From an uncultured Candidatus Peribacteria bacterium (GTDB lineage Bacteria; Patescibacteriota; Gracilibacteria; BD1-5; UBA6164), in the NCBI GenBank assembly GCA_964415565.1, contig CAYQAV010000131.1:291-64290 (forward strand): a stretch of DNA of 64,000 nt, in the 5' to 3' direction. The notes beneath the pieces were generated by a model that had not been told where the DNA came from, ran no database searches, and saw only the letters and a list, made by a program, of their open reading frames with translations. Both the position numbers and the translations under genes were made by a program. This document shows positions 21,087-31,833 of the stretch, piece after piece (within the stretch, counting starts at the first letter, position 1; every line of letters starts with the position of its first letter).

Positions 21087-22307
21087 ATGAGTAGACAAGT
21101 TTCAAATAGAGAATTAGAACAATTTCAAGAAAATATAGAATATCTAGGTTGAGAACTTAGAGTTTTTTTGGCTGATATTCTTCCAGAAGATATAGAAATA
21201 AGACACAACATGGAGGATAGGATGAGAGAACTTGAAAATCTTGTAAATACATACGGCTGAGTTGTTATCGTTAAGCATATTCAAAATAAAAGTGTTCCAG
21301 ATTACAATACTTTTATTTGAGAATGAAGACTTGATCAAATAATTGAAGAAATGCAAAGAGAGGAAGCAAATATTTTGATCTTATGAAATATTTTAAAGCC
21401 AAAACAAATCTATGCTATAAATGAAAAACTTAAACCAATTTGAGCAAAAGCTTGGGATAGAGTTGATCTTATCTTAAAAATATTTGAAAAAAATGCTAAA
21501 ACTAAAGAATCAAAGATTCAAATAGAATTAGCAGCAATAAAACATATGTGACCTCGTATTTTTGATATGTGAATGGAACTTTGAAAACAAGCTTGAAAAG
21601 GTAGTTGAGAGTCAAATACTGAAATAATGAAAAGACATCTTCAAAGAAGAGTTTTAAATATAAAAGAAGAACTTTCTCATTTTGAAAAAGTTAGAGCTCA
21701 ACATAGACAATCAAGAGATAGGAAATGAATTAAAACAGTTTGAGTTGTTGGTTATACAAATGCCTGAAAATCAACACTTACAAATAGTTTAACAAATAAA
21801 TGAGTATTGGCAGAAGATAAGCTTTTTGCTACACTTTGAACAAGTGTTTGAAAAATGTTTGTTGAAGCAAGTTATGATGAAAAAACATTTCAATATATTG
21901 CTCCAAAAGAGATTCTTATAAATGATACAATTTGATTTATAAGGGAACTTCCACCTCAATTAATAGAAGCATTTAAATCTACTCTTGAAGATTCAATAGA
22001 AGCAGATTTACTCTTACATGTTATAGATTGCTCTGATCCAAAACTTGAAAATAAAATAAAAGTAGTAGAAGAAATACTTGAAACAATAAAAGCAAATCAA
22101 AAAAGAATCTATGTTTTTAATAAGATAGATTTCTTATGAAATGATGAATTTATAGTAGAAGAAAACTGAGAAAAAATAGTTTATAAAACTAAAAAAGAAT
22201 ATTTAAAAGAAAAATACTCTAATTTATGTCCTATATTTATTTCTGCATCAAATAAGGAAAATTTAGAAGAATTAAAAACAAAAATAATAAATGAATTAAA
22301 TTTTTAA
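21087..22307 (+). CDS. hflX: GTPase HflX (406 aa)
   Basis: HflX N-domain ([14 protein letters not shown]), G1 GYTNAGKSTL (the G of AGKS is TGA 21765), G3 NDTIGFI, G4 FNKID. Confidence 0.9.
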
Positions 22308-22317
22308 AAATATCTAT

Positions 22318-22719
22318 ATGATTAATATGTATGTTTGATTATTAATAATTTTTTTTGTATGAATAATTTCATATGCTATTATTACTGTTATAAAATTTTC
22401 AATCAAGAAAAAATTACCAAATAATAGAAAAATTTATTTAAATAAGCTTTTTAAATGAATTTCAAAAAAAATATCAAGTAAAGAAAAAATAATAGACTAT
22501 GATAAACTTTATCATAAAATACTATTAGAAATGTGATATGAATGAACATTTTGAGATATATTAAAAAAAGAACCTAATGAAATTTGAAATATAAATAAGG
22601 TTTGGGAGCTTCATAAACTTAGAAATAAACTAGTTCATGATTTTGATTTAATTGATGAAGTGTTTTTAAGAAGAAAAGAAGAAGAGTATTTTAGAGAGTT
22701 ATTTTTTATATTAAAATAG
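22318..22719 (+). CDS. membrane-anchored hypothetical protein (133 aa) with RNxxxH motif
   Basis: N-terminal helix VGLLIIFFVGIISYAIITVI. C-terminal part ..FGDILKKEPNEIGNINKVWELHKLRNKLVHDFD. Confidence 0.55.
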
Positions 22720-22780
22720 ATAAAAAATAAATGTCAATCTAAATTTTCTTTAATTTTAAGCCAAAAAAATAAAAAAATAA

Positions 22781-22823
22781 AAACAATTTAATGCGAATTT
22801 AATGTCGTATGAGTACAATAAAA
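22781..22823 (+). promoter_or_regulatory. promoter-like 43-nt element, copy 1 (tandem ATTTAATG repeats + TACAAT)
   Basis: aaacaATTTAATGcgaATTTAATGtcgtatgagTACAATaaaa; 37/43 identical to 34358-34400. Confidence 0.5.
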
Positions 22824-22825
22824 AT

Positions 22826-22884
22826 ATCCCGAGAAAATAATGAGAATTTAGGAGAGCTCACATTATGTTTCCGGGATTTTTTTA
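22826..22884. terminator. long imperfect hairpin with flanking A/T runs; terminator for the DAHP synthase gene and possibly a short transcript
   Basis: atcccgaGAAAATAATGAG...CTCACATTATGTTTCcgggat followed by ttttttt. The DAHP synthase stop lies 12 nt beyond on the opposite strand. Confidence 0.55.
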
Positions 22885-22895
22885 TTGTAATAAAT

Positions 22896-23960
22896 TTAAG
22901 CTCTTTTTCAAGAAGCAGAACTTAATCTATCAATCATTTCATCATTTGTTTGCCAATTAACACAAGCATCAGTTATACTAACTCAATGTTTCAAAGAATC
23001 ACTTAAAGGTTGATTTCATTCATTTATATTTGATTCAATCATAACTCAAATAATTCTTTTATTTCAAGCTTCTATTTGTCTTGCTATATCTTCACATACA
23101 ATTGGTTGATTATTGTGATTTTTACTACTATTTGCATGAGAAAAATCTACAACTATACCAGTTTTTATTCATGCTTTATCTAATTTTTCAGTAGTTGCTT
23201 TTATATTTTCAGAATCATAATTTGTTCAATTTGCACCACCTCTAAGAATTATATGTCAGTCAGGATTTCATGATGTTTTTACTTTTGCAACTCTTCATTC
23301 TTTTGTTACTGATAAAAAACTATGCTTTCATCTAGCTGATTTTATAGCATCAACAGCAATTTGTAAATCTCATGTTGTACCATTTTTAAATCAAACTGGC
23401 ATAGATAATCCTGAAACTAGTTTTCTATGTTCTTGACTTTCAGTTGTTCTAGCTCAAATTGCTCACCAAGTTACTAAATCTCAAATATATTGTGGAGTTA
23501 TAGTATCAAGAAATTCAACAGCAGTTGGAATTCACATCTTATTTATTTTTAGAAGCAAATCTCTAGCTATTTCCAAGCCAGAGTTTATATCACAACTATC
23601 ATCTAAATATGGGTCATTTAATAATCATTTCCACCCAACTGTTGTTCTTGGTTTTTCAAAATATGTTCTCATAACAAGAAATAAATGAGGATTTTTTTCT
23701 TGTATTGATTTTAAAAGTTCAGCATATTCTAGAGCTTCATCTGGATTGTGAATAGAACAAGGTCAAGTTATAACAAGTAATCTTGGATCATTTAATTGAA
23801 TAATATTACTAGTTGCTATTCTACTTAATTCTATAAATTCTGCAGTTTTTTCATCAAGAGGAAATTTTTCAACTAATTCTTTTGGAGTTATAATTTCTTC
23901 AATTTCTTCAATCCTCTTATCATCAACAACTGATAGGGTATCTTTTCTAGGTTGGTTCAT
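22896..23960 (-). CDS. aroG: 3-deoxy-7-phosphoheptulonate (DAHP) synthase, class I AroF/G/H type (354 aa)
   Basis: [72 protein letters not shown]. The isozyme (feedback specificity) cannot be told from sequence alone. Confidence 0.9.
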
Positions 23961-23990
23961 AAAAATATTTTTAAAAAATAAATAAGTTAT

Positions 23991-24018
23991 AAAAAAAGAC
24001 CTTTTTTCAAAGGTCTTT
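23991..24018 (-). terminator. intrinsic terminator inside the DAHP synthase leader (candidate attenuator)
   Basis: Minus strand AAAGACCTTT-GAAA-AAAGGTCTTT followed by TTTTTAT, ending about 30 nt upstream of the ATG at 23960. Confidence 0.65.
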
Positions 24019-24044
24019 AGTTTTTATAAAAAGTTGTTTAAATT

Positions 24045-24122
24045 TTATATACTAAAAAATCATCCTTTGAAGAAGAATTTGTTTCAAAAGAAGAAAAAAT
24101 AATTTTGTTTTAAATTTCTCAT
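24045..24122 (-). CDS. Phe-rich leader peptide (25 aa with TGA=Gly; 12 aa if TGA stops)
   Basis: ATG AGA AAT TTA AAA CAA AAT TAT TTT TTC TTC TTT TGA AAC AAA TTC TTC TTC AAA GGA TGA TTT TTT AGT ATA TAA = MRNLKQNYFFFFGNKFFFKGGFFSI. Nine Phe codons. Confidence 0.55.
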
Positions 24123-24261
24123 TTTTTTTAGTTAAAATTTACATATATATTTTTATGTATTTTTTGTGTTATGTCAAATGTTTTTTTTAAAAATATAATT
24201 TTTTTGTTTTTTATTTTAAAATTATATAATAATAATAGATTACTTATTAAACTAATTTTTA

Positions 24262-24924
24262 ATGTCAAAAATAGCAATTGTAACAGCGATGAAAGAGGAA
24301 TCAGAACATATTATTTCTCTTTATGATTTACATAAAACAAAAAAACTAAAAAATATAACTATATTTGAAAATGAAAAAATGGTTTTAGCTTTAGCTTGAA
24401 TTTGAAAAGTACAAGCAAGTATAGCTACAACTTATCTTTTTTTAAATTATGAAATATCAAAATTAATAAATATTTGAATTGCATGAAGTTTACTATGAGA
24501 TAAAGCTTCAATAGGAGATGTTTTTCTACTAAATAAAATTTCTCAACATGATATGTATTTGCCATTTGATGGCGAACATTTGTATTATGCAAAAAAAGAA
24601 ATAATTATAGAAAATACTATTAATTTAGATTTTTCAGACTTACCATTTAGTGTTACAAAAAATGCATATTGTCTTACTTGAGACCAGTTTATTGATGATG
24701 CAGAAAAGGTTTTAGAAATTAAAAAAATTTATAATGCAGATGTTATAGAAATGGAAGCATTTGCCATAGCTTCAGTTGCTCGTGAATTTGATAGTTTAGA
24801 AAAATGTATATTTATAAAAGCTATTTCAGATTGAGCTGACAATGATGCAAAAGATGCTCATATGTGAAATCTAGATTTTGCAATGAATAATAGTATAAAA
24901 GTTTTAGAAAAAATAATATCTTAA
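24262..24924 (+). CDS. mtnN: 5'-methylthioadenosine/S-adenosylhomocysteine nucleosidase (220 aa)
   Basis: IAIVTAMKEE..LAGIGKVQAS..NIGIAGSL..VIEMEAFAIA..ISDGAD. Confidence 0.85.
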
Positions 24925-24941
24925 TTTATAAATAAAAAAAA

Positions 24942-25421
24942 ATGGAAAAAATAGCAAGTTTTATGATAGATCATACAAGAATGTTTCCTTGAGTTTATGT
25001 TTCAAGAAAAGATGAAGTTGGAAATAGTACAATAACTACTTTTGACTTAAGGATGACAAAACCAAATTGTGAACCAGTTATGAATACTGCAGAAATGCAT
25101 GCAATCGAACATTTAGCAGCAACTTTTTTGAGAAATCATAGTGAATATGGTTCAAAAACTATTTATTTTTGACCAATGTGATGTAGAACTGGGTTTTATC
25201 TTTTATTAAGTTGAGAATATGAATCTAAAGATATAGTTCCATTACTTATAGAATTATATACTTTTATGTCAGAGTTTGAATGACATATTCCTGGACAAAG
25301 TGCTATGGATTGTGGAAATTATTTAGATATGAATTTACCAATGGCTAGATATATATCTAAAAAATATTTAAATGAAGTTTTGCTTAATTTAAAAGATTAT
25401 AATTTAGTTTATCCTCAATAA
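24942..25421 (+). CDS. luxS: S-ribosylhomocysteine lyase LuxS (159 aa)
   Basis: FMIDHTRM..TFDLRMTKPN..MHAIEHLAATFLRN..GPMGCRTGFYL; HxxEH and Cys metal ligands. Confidence 0.9.
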
Positions 25422-25431
25422 TTTTTAAACC

Positions 25432-25938
25432 ATGGATTTTAAAAAATATATTAGAGAAGTTAAAGATTTTCCAAAAGAGTGAATTGATTTCAAAGATATA
25501 ACAACTCTTTTACAAGAACCAAAAGTTTTTAGTGAAGTAATAGATCAAATATCTAAAAATATAAGTGATGCAGATTTGATTATATGACTTGATGCAAGAT
25601 GATTTTTGTTTGCAGGAGCATTGGCATACAAATTGTGAATACCACTTGTAATAGTTAGAAAAAAAGGGAAATTACCATATGAAACAATTTCTGTTGATTA
25701 TGAATTAGAGTATTGAAAAAATACTTTTGATTTAAATATAGATGCAGTTGAAAAATGACAAAAAGTTGCAATAATTGATGATTTATTGGCTACTTGATGA
25801 ACAGCTCTTGCTGCTTGTCAATTGGTTGAAAAATTGTGATGAAAAATTCATTCACTAAATTTTTTAATAGATTTAACTTTTATAGATAGAAAAGATATTT
25901 TAAAGTGATATAAAATTAATTCACTTTGTGAATATTAA
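25432..25938 (+). CDS. apt: adenine phosphoribosyltransferase (168 aa)
   Basis: [66 protein letters not shown]. Confidence 0.9.
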
Positions 25939-25966
25939 AAAAAGCTAGAAAACTCTAGCTTTTTTT
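25937..25966. terminator. bidirectional terminator shared by apt and the TagA-like gene
   Basis: A-run, stem agctaga/tctagct, T-run. The minus-strand gene's TAG stop (25955-25957) lies in the stem. Confidence 0.7.
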
Positions 25967-26770
25967 GTTTCTGATAACTTCAAAAATAAATACAAATATA
26001 GCATTGTATAGTCTTTTTAATCTATCTATTTTTCTAGGTCAAGTAATTAGTCTATAAAGCCATTCTATTCATAATTTTCTCCATAGTTTAGGTGCTCTTT
26101 TTTGAAATCCTATAAAGTAATCAAAACTTGATCATATAGCTAGTCATATCTTTATATTTTCACATTCTTTCATTATTTCAACAACTGATTTTTCTTGGCA
26201 TTTCATTCAAAGAGTTGAAAAAATTATCTTGCTCTTACTATTTTTAACCTTGTCTATAATTTCTTCTTTTTTACTTGGTTCATAAATAAAATAATCAAAA
26301 TCTAGTTTTTTAAACTTTTCTTTTAAAAGTTTAAAAAACACTTTTTGAGACTCTACTTTTTTTGTATCAGATGGATTGTATAAATCAATAATTGTAACTT
26401 TTATCTTGTTCTTTTCACTGTATTTTATTAAATCTTTTGTTAAATCACTTCAACAAATTCTTTCACCATATTTTTTGTAAAGATATTTTCTTTTGAAAAA
26501 TAAATTGAAAAAAAAGTAGGGAAGAAATAGTGTATTTATTATTTTTCCGTAATTATTATCTATTATTTGATATGCAATATAAAGTCATATTCAGTCAGAA
26601 GTCTTGTAAGTTGCTTTATTTATCAAGTTTTTAAATTCGCTATCTTTCTTTGTTTTTAAAAGTATTTCAGGATTTGGTGTGAAAACTATATTTTGTATTT
26701 CAAACTTAGTTATTTTTTCAAATAATTCTTTGGAAGAGATATTATCTATTTTTATTCAAAATATTTGCAT
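25955..26770 (-). CDS. WecG/TagA/CpsF-family glycosyltransferase (271 aa)
   Basis: MQIFGIKIDNIS..IVFTPNPEILL..DGIGLY..FSTLGMKCQEKS..AIGSSFDYFIGFQKRAPKLWRKLGIEWLYRLITGPRK. Confidence 0.8.
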
Positions 26771-26820
26771 ATATTTGTATTAGTTTTATTATTTACTAAA
26801 GTATAAATAAATAAATCAAA

Positions 26821-27939
26821 ATGCAAAATTTACAAGAAAAAAATATAGCTATAGTTTGCGATTGGATAAAAGATTGGTGAGGAGCAGAAATAGTTTTAGA
26901 ACAAATGCTTGAGATATTTCCTAAAGCAGATATTTTTACTAGTATTTTTTTCTGAGAAGAAAATGCTATTTTTAAAAATAGAAATATTAAAACTTCATTT
27001 ATTCAAAAAATACCATTTCTAAATAAATATCATAAATTAGCACTGATTTTTAGACCATTAGCTTTTGAAAGTTTTGATTTGAGTAGTTATGATATAGTTA
27101 TAAGTTTAAGTAGTGCAGAGAGTAAGTGAGTTATCACTAAACCTGAAACGCTACATATTTGTTATTGTCATACTCCGACTAGATATTTTTGGAGTCATTA
27201 TCATGAATATATAAATATGATGGAGTTTGGGATTTTTAATCCTATTTGAAAATGGCTTATGCCAAAAATAGTTCATAAACTTAGAATTTGGGATTTTGTA
27301 GCTTCAAAAAGACCAGATTATTTTATAGCAAATAGCAAAAATACAGCAAATAGAATAAAAAAATATTACTCTAGAGAAAGTGAAGTTATACATCCTTGTT
27401 TAGATATAGAACAAATACCTTTTGAAATGGTAAAAGAAGATTATTATTTTTATAATGGTAGGTGTATTCCATATAAAAAATTTGATTTAATTGTTGATAC
27501 TTTTAATGAAAATTGAAAAAAAATAAAGATTGCTACAAATACAGACAATAAACTTTACAGAGACTTAAAAGCAAAATCTAAATCAAATATAGAGTGGATT
27601 TTTACAAATAATTTAGAATATATAAATAATCTTCATTCTAAAGCAAAAGCTTTTTTATTTCCACCTGAAGAAGATTTTTGACTTGTTACAATTGCAGCAA
27701 TGGCTTCTTGAACACCAGTTATAGCTTACTGAAAATGATGAGCATTAGAAACAGTTGTTTATGGAATTACTTGAGTTTTTTTTAAAGAACAAACAGTTAA
27801 TTCACTAAATATTGCTATTGATAAATTTGAAACACTAAATTTTAATCCTGATGACATTAGAAATCACGCAATGAAATTTGATAAAAAAATTTTTAAGGAA
27901 AATATAGTTGAGTTTATAAATAAAAAACTAGGAAATTAA
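26821..27939 (+). CDS. GT4-family glycosyltransferase (372 aa)
   Basis: [61 protein letters not shown] (EX7E-type region). Confidence 0.8.
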
Positions 27940-27956
27940 TTTCCTAGTTTTTTTTT
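27922..27956. terminator. palindromic bidirectional terminator containing both convergent stop codons
   Basis: aaaaaaCTAGGAAATT/AATTTCCTAGttttttttt. Plus-strand gene stop 27937-27939, minus-strand gene stop 27936-27938. Confidence 0.7.
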
Positions 27957-28874
27957 AAAATTTTCTAAAATTAAAGATCTTTCATTTTGATTTAATAATG
28001 GATTTAAATCTCATAAATCAGAATGTTTATTATCTATTTCTCAGATGCTATGATTATCGCTTCAAGCAGTTATTATAATCCCATATTTTTCTCTGAATTT
28101 ATAAATTGTTTCTATCCATTCTTTACTTGCTATTGAATTAATTTCAATTCAATTTATTCAGTTTTCAACATAATATGGATATATGCTTTTAAAATATTCT
28201 AATCATTCTTTTTTGAAACTTAGATTTGGATGAGCAATTGATATAATTGCATTATTTGTTCTTGCTAGAACTCAACATATTTCAATATTTGGTTCATATT
28301 CTGGTACGTCAATTCAGTATTTTAATCAATATTTACTATATTGTTCTCAAACTTCTTTTAAAAATATTTCAAAAAAACTTTGAGGATTTATATCTATTTT
28401 TCAACTTATTTTTTGAGCTAAAATTCTATTTTCTGGAGTTAGAAAAATATATTGTCATATATTATACCTATTTAAAGTTTCTAGTTTTTTTCACATAGAT
28501 AAAAAATAATTTAGAAATTCATTTAAATCTATTTTAAATCCAGAATTTTTTAATTTTTCAACTTGTTTTATTATAAGAAGTTGCTTTTTTTCTACTGTAT
28601 TTTCTAAAATATCTCTTATATTTTTTCAGAAATTTCTTGAATAACAAGTTAAGTGAAGACTTTTTTTATTTTTTAAATCTCTAGCAGATATTTCAGTAGA
28701 ATAACAAGAATTTATTCATTTTTCTGCAGCTTCATTTATAAAATCCTCTCAACTTATAACATCATGATCTGTTAATGCTATAAATTGTAAACTTTTATTA
28801 AAAGCATAGTTTACAATTTCTTCATTTGAATTTTTTCAATCTGAGGCGATTGAATGAAAATGCATATCAAACAT
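27936..28874 (-). CDS. PHP-domain metal-dependent phosphoesterase (312 aa)
   Basis: MFDMHFHSIASDG..FIALTDHD..SIAHPN..TAGSDNH, the PHP His/Asp motif set. Confidence 0.75.
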
Positions 28875-29043
28875 ATATCTATATTTAAGAAGTAAAATAT
28901 ATTTATATCATGTCTATATTTCAAAAAATATATTTTATTTTATATGCTTTTGTAATTTATTATTTTAAAAATTTATAATTATCTTTATTTTAAAGTAAAA
29001 TATTGTATAATTAAAAGTGTAATATATTTTTACATATTTATAT

Positions 29044-29784
29044 ATGAGTGAACAAATATTAAAGAAAATTTGATTAAATGAAGATGAATCAAAAATCTAT
29101 CTTTTTCTAATTTCAAATCCGAAAAAAACAATAATGGATTTATCAAAAGAGTTAAGTATAAATAGACCAAAACTTTATAAAATACTTCCTTCAATGCTAG
29201 AACAATGACTTATTTCAAAGGTATTAATTTGAAAAAGAATTTATTTTATTGCTGAAAATCCGAAAATTTTTAATTCATATCTAGATAATATAAAAAAGGA
29301 TTTTGAAGATTATATTCCAGAGCTTGAAAGTTTGTTTTCAAATAATTTTTCTAAACCTGTTTTTAAGCACCTATCTTGAAAAACTGGTATTAGAAATATA
29401 TTTTTAGATATATGAAATACACTTAACAAATGAGATATTTTTTACAGATATAGCTCAAGAAACAATGTTTCAAAAACAAGCATAAATAAAAGTGAATATG
29501 ATAAATACAAAAAACTAAGAGATGAGAAAAGACTTGAAAGGATGGTTATAACTAACGATTATTTAAATAATTTAAAAGGAAACAAACTTGATAAAGAAGT
29601 TGTTATTGTTCCTAAAAATTTTGATCTTTTTGAAGATAATATAACAAAGATTATTTATGCTAATAAAGTGGCAATTATAGATTACAATACCGAAGAATCT
29701 TTTATTATTGAAAGTTATATTTTTGCAAATTTTGAAAAAAAATTATTTAAATTACTTTTCAATTTTTTGAAGAAAATAAAATAG
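29044..29784 (+). CDS. TrmB-like winged-helix transcriptional regulator (246 aa)
   Basis: N-terminus KIGLNEDESKIYLFLISNPKKTIMDLSKELSINRPKLYKILPSMLEQGLI. Track ORF 29542..29784 is its C-terminus. Confidence 0.6.
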
Positions 29785-29849
29785 ATGAAATATTGTAAAT
29801 ATATTATTTTTATGTTAAAATATTTTTACTTATTAATTAATACAATTTT

Positions 29850-30455
29850 ATGGAAACACAAACTTTTGGTTTATTATGAGAATGATTAAATTTATTTTTA
29901 TGAATTGGTTGAATACTTTTATTTTGTTTAATTTATTTTATTGTTACTTATAACTCAATAATTAATTCAAAAAATAATGTTAAAGAATCATTTTGATCAA
30001 TTGATACAGTTTTACAAAATAGATATAATTTAATACCAAATTTAGTTGAAGTTGTTAAACAATATATGCAACATGAATCATGAGTTATCTCTAAAGTTAC
30101 TGAACTTAGAGCTAGTCTTATGTCAAATTCAAATAAAACTTCATCTGAAAGATTTGAAAAAGAAAATCAATTACAAGCAGGATTAAAATCTATTTTTGCT
30201 GTTGCAGAAAATTATCCAGATTTAAAAGCAAGTGCAAATTTTTTAGAACTTCAAAATTCTTGGTCAGAAATAGAAGATAGATTACAATGAGCTCGTAGAG
30301 CATACAACTCTTCAGTAAAAGAATTAAATAATAAAAAAGAAATGTTTCCTTCAAGTATGATTGCATCAATGATGACAATTGAAGAATATAAAATGTTTGA
30401 AGCAGATGCTAGTGCTAAAGTTGAAAAAATGGATGCAAAAGCAATGTTTTCATAG
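29850..30455 (+). CDS. lemA: LemA family protein (201 aa)
   Basis: TM helix then YNSIINSKNNVKESFGSIDTVLQNRYNLIPNLVEVVKQYMQHESGV..AENYPDLKA..EDRLQGARRAYN. Confidence 0.85.
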
Positions 30456-30485
30456 AATAAATAAAATATAAAATAAAAACAAAAT

Positions 30486-31802
30486 ATGAATTGATTAAGA
30501 GAATATGCTATAAAAAAATGACTAAATGATGAAAGTGAAATAAATAAATTAGAATCATTTTTTGATGATTATGAAGTAATAAAAGGTTTAGAAGAAGCTG
30601 AAAAAAATCGTATAAAAAGATATATGTGGCTTTTTCCATCTTGTTTAATAGCTTTTTTTGGAGTTGTTTTCATAGCATCTTTATGAGTTATTCAAGTTGA
30701 GATAGGTGATACTTGAAATTATAGAAATAGTGTTGCTTTTGATGGTATTTACTATTGATCAATATTATGATTCTTAGTTTTCGGAATAATTGTTGGTATT
30801 TTTCGTAAAAGAATTGAATGAGCTATAAAAGAAAATATCTTATCAAAACTTTCTAAACAAATATATGAAAAATTAGAGTATAATTGAAACAAAAAATATG
30901 CATTTTGAGATATTAAGGAACTTAGAAATGTTAATTTTCTAAACTCATATGAAAGAATTGATAAAATAGAAGATTCTATTGCTTTTACACTACAAAAAGA
31001 TTGAAGATATGCAACAATTCAAGGTTATGAGCTTGAAACTTCTGAAGTTAGATGATCTTGAAAAAATAGAAGAAGAGTAACTACTAATCATTGTTATCTT
31101 TTAAAAACAAGACTTCCAAGTGCTCGTATAAATATAAATACTGATATATTTATAAAAACTGATAAAGCTGATAATTTTTGACATAATATTATTATTTCTA
31201 TTATTATTTGATTAATAGTATGATTTTTTATAGGTATGTTTTCTCAAAATATGTCTGTTTGAATTATTTCTTTTTTAGTTGTTTCATGAATTGTTTACTT
31301 TTTTGTAAAAAAAAGTAATAATAAAAATCGTGTTAAACTTGAAAGTATAGAATTTGAAAAACTTTATGATGTTCAATGTTTAGATCAAGTAACAAGTCGT
31401 ATGATTATTACTCCAGCTTTTATGGATAGATTAGTTCAATTATCGCAAAAAACTAAAAACAAGTATGAATTTCTTTTTAGATGAGATGTATTTTATGTAA
31501 AATGGAATTTATCAAAATCATATTTAGAAATAAATACTTGGAAAAAGATAACAAAAAATATAGAAACTTTTATAGATTGGTATTGAGAAATGAAGGAAAT
31601 TATTTCTTTTATTAAAGATATGCAAATACTTTATTTATCTAAAACTGAACAAATATATGTAGACTGAGAATTAGCACCTCAATATGAAACAATGAATGAA
31701 TCAGATTTAGTTTGAACAAATAATGTATTTGGTAATATGTTAGGTTGAAAATTTTGAAATATATGAATTGGTAATTTTTCTTGAAAATTTACCTTAAAAT
31801 AA
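30486..31802 (+). CDS. membrane protein, LemA-associated (DUF3137-like), 438 aa
   Basis: Two hydrophobic helix pairs and a central soluble domain. The position right after lemA is typical for this family. The assignment is weak. Confidence 0.55.
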
Positions 31803-31833
31803 AAAACTAGGAACCGAAGGTTCCTAGTTTTTT
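31801..31833. terminator. bidirectional terminator
   Basis: aaaaaaCTAGGAACC-gaa-GGTTCCTAGtttttt between convergent genes. Confidence 0.75.
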
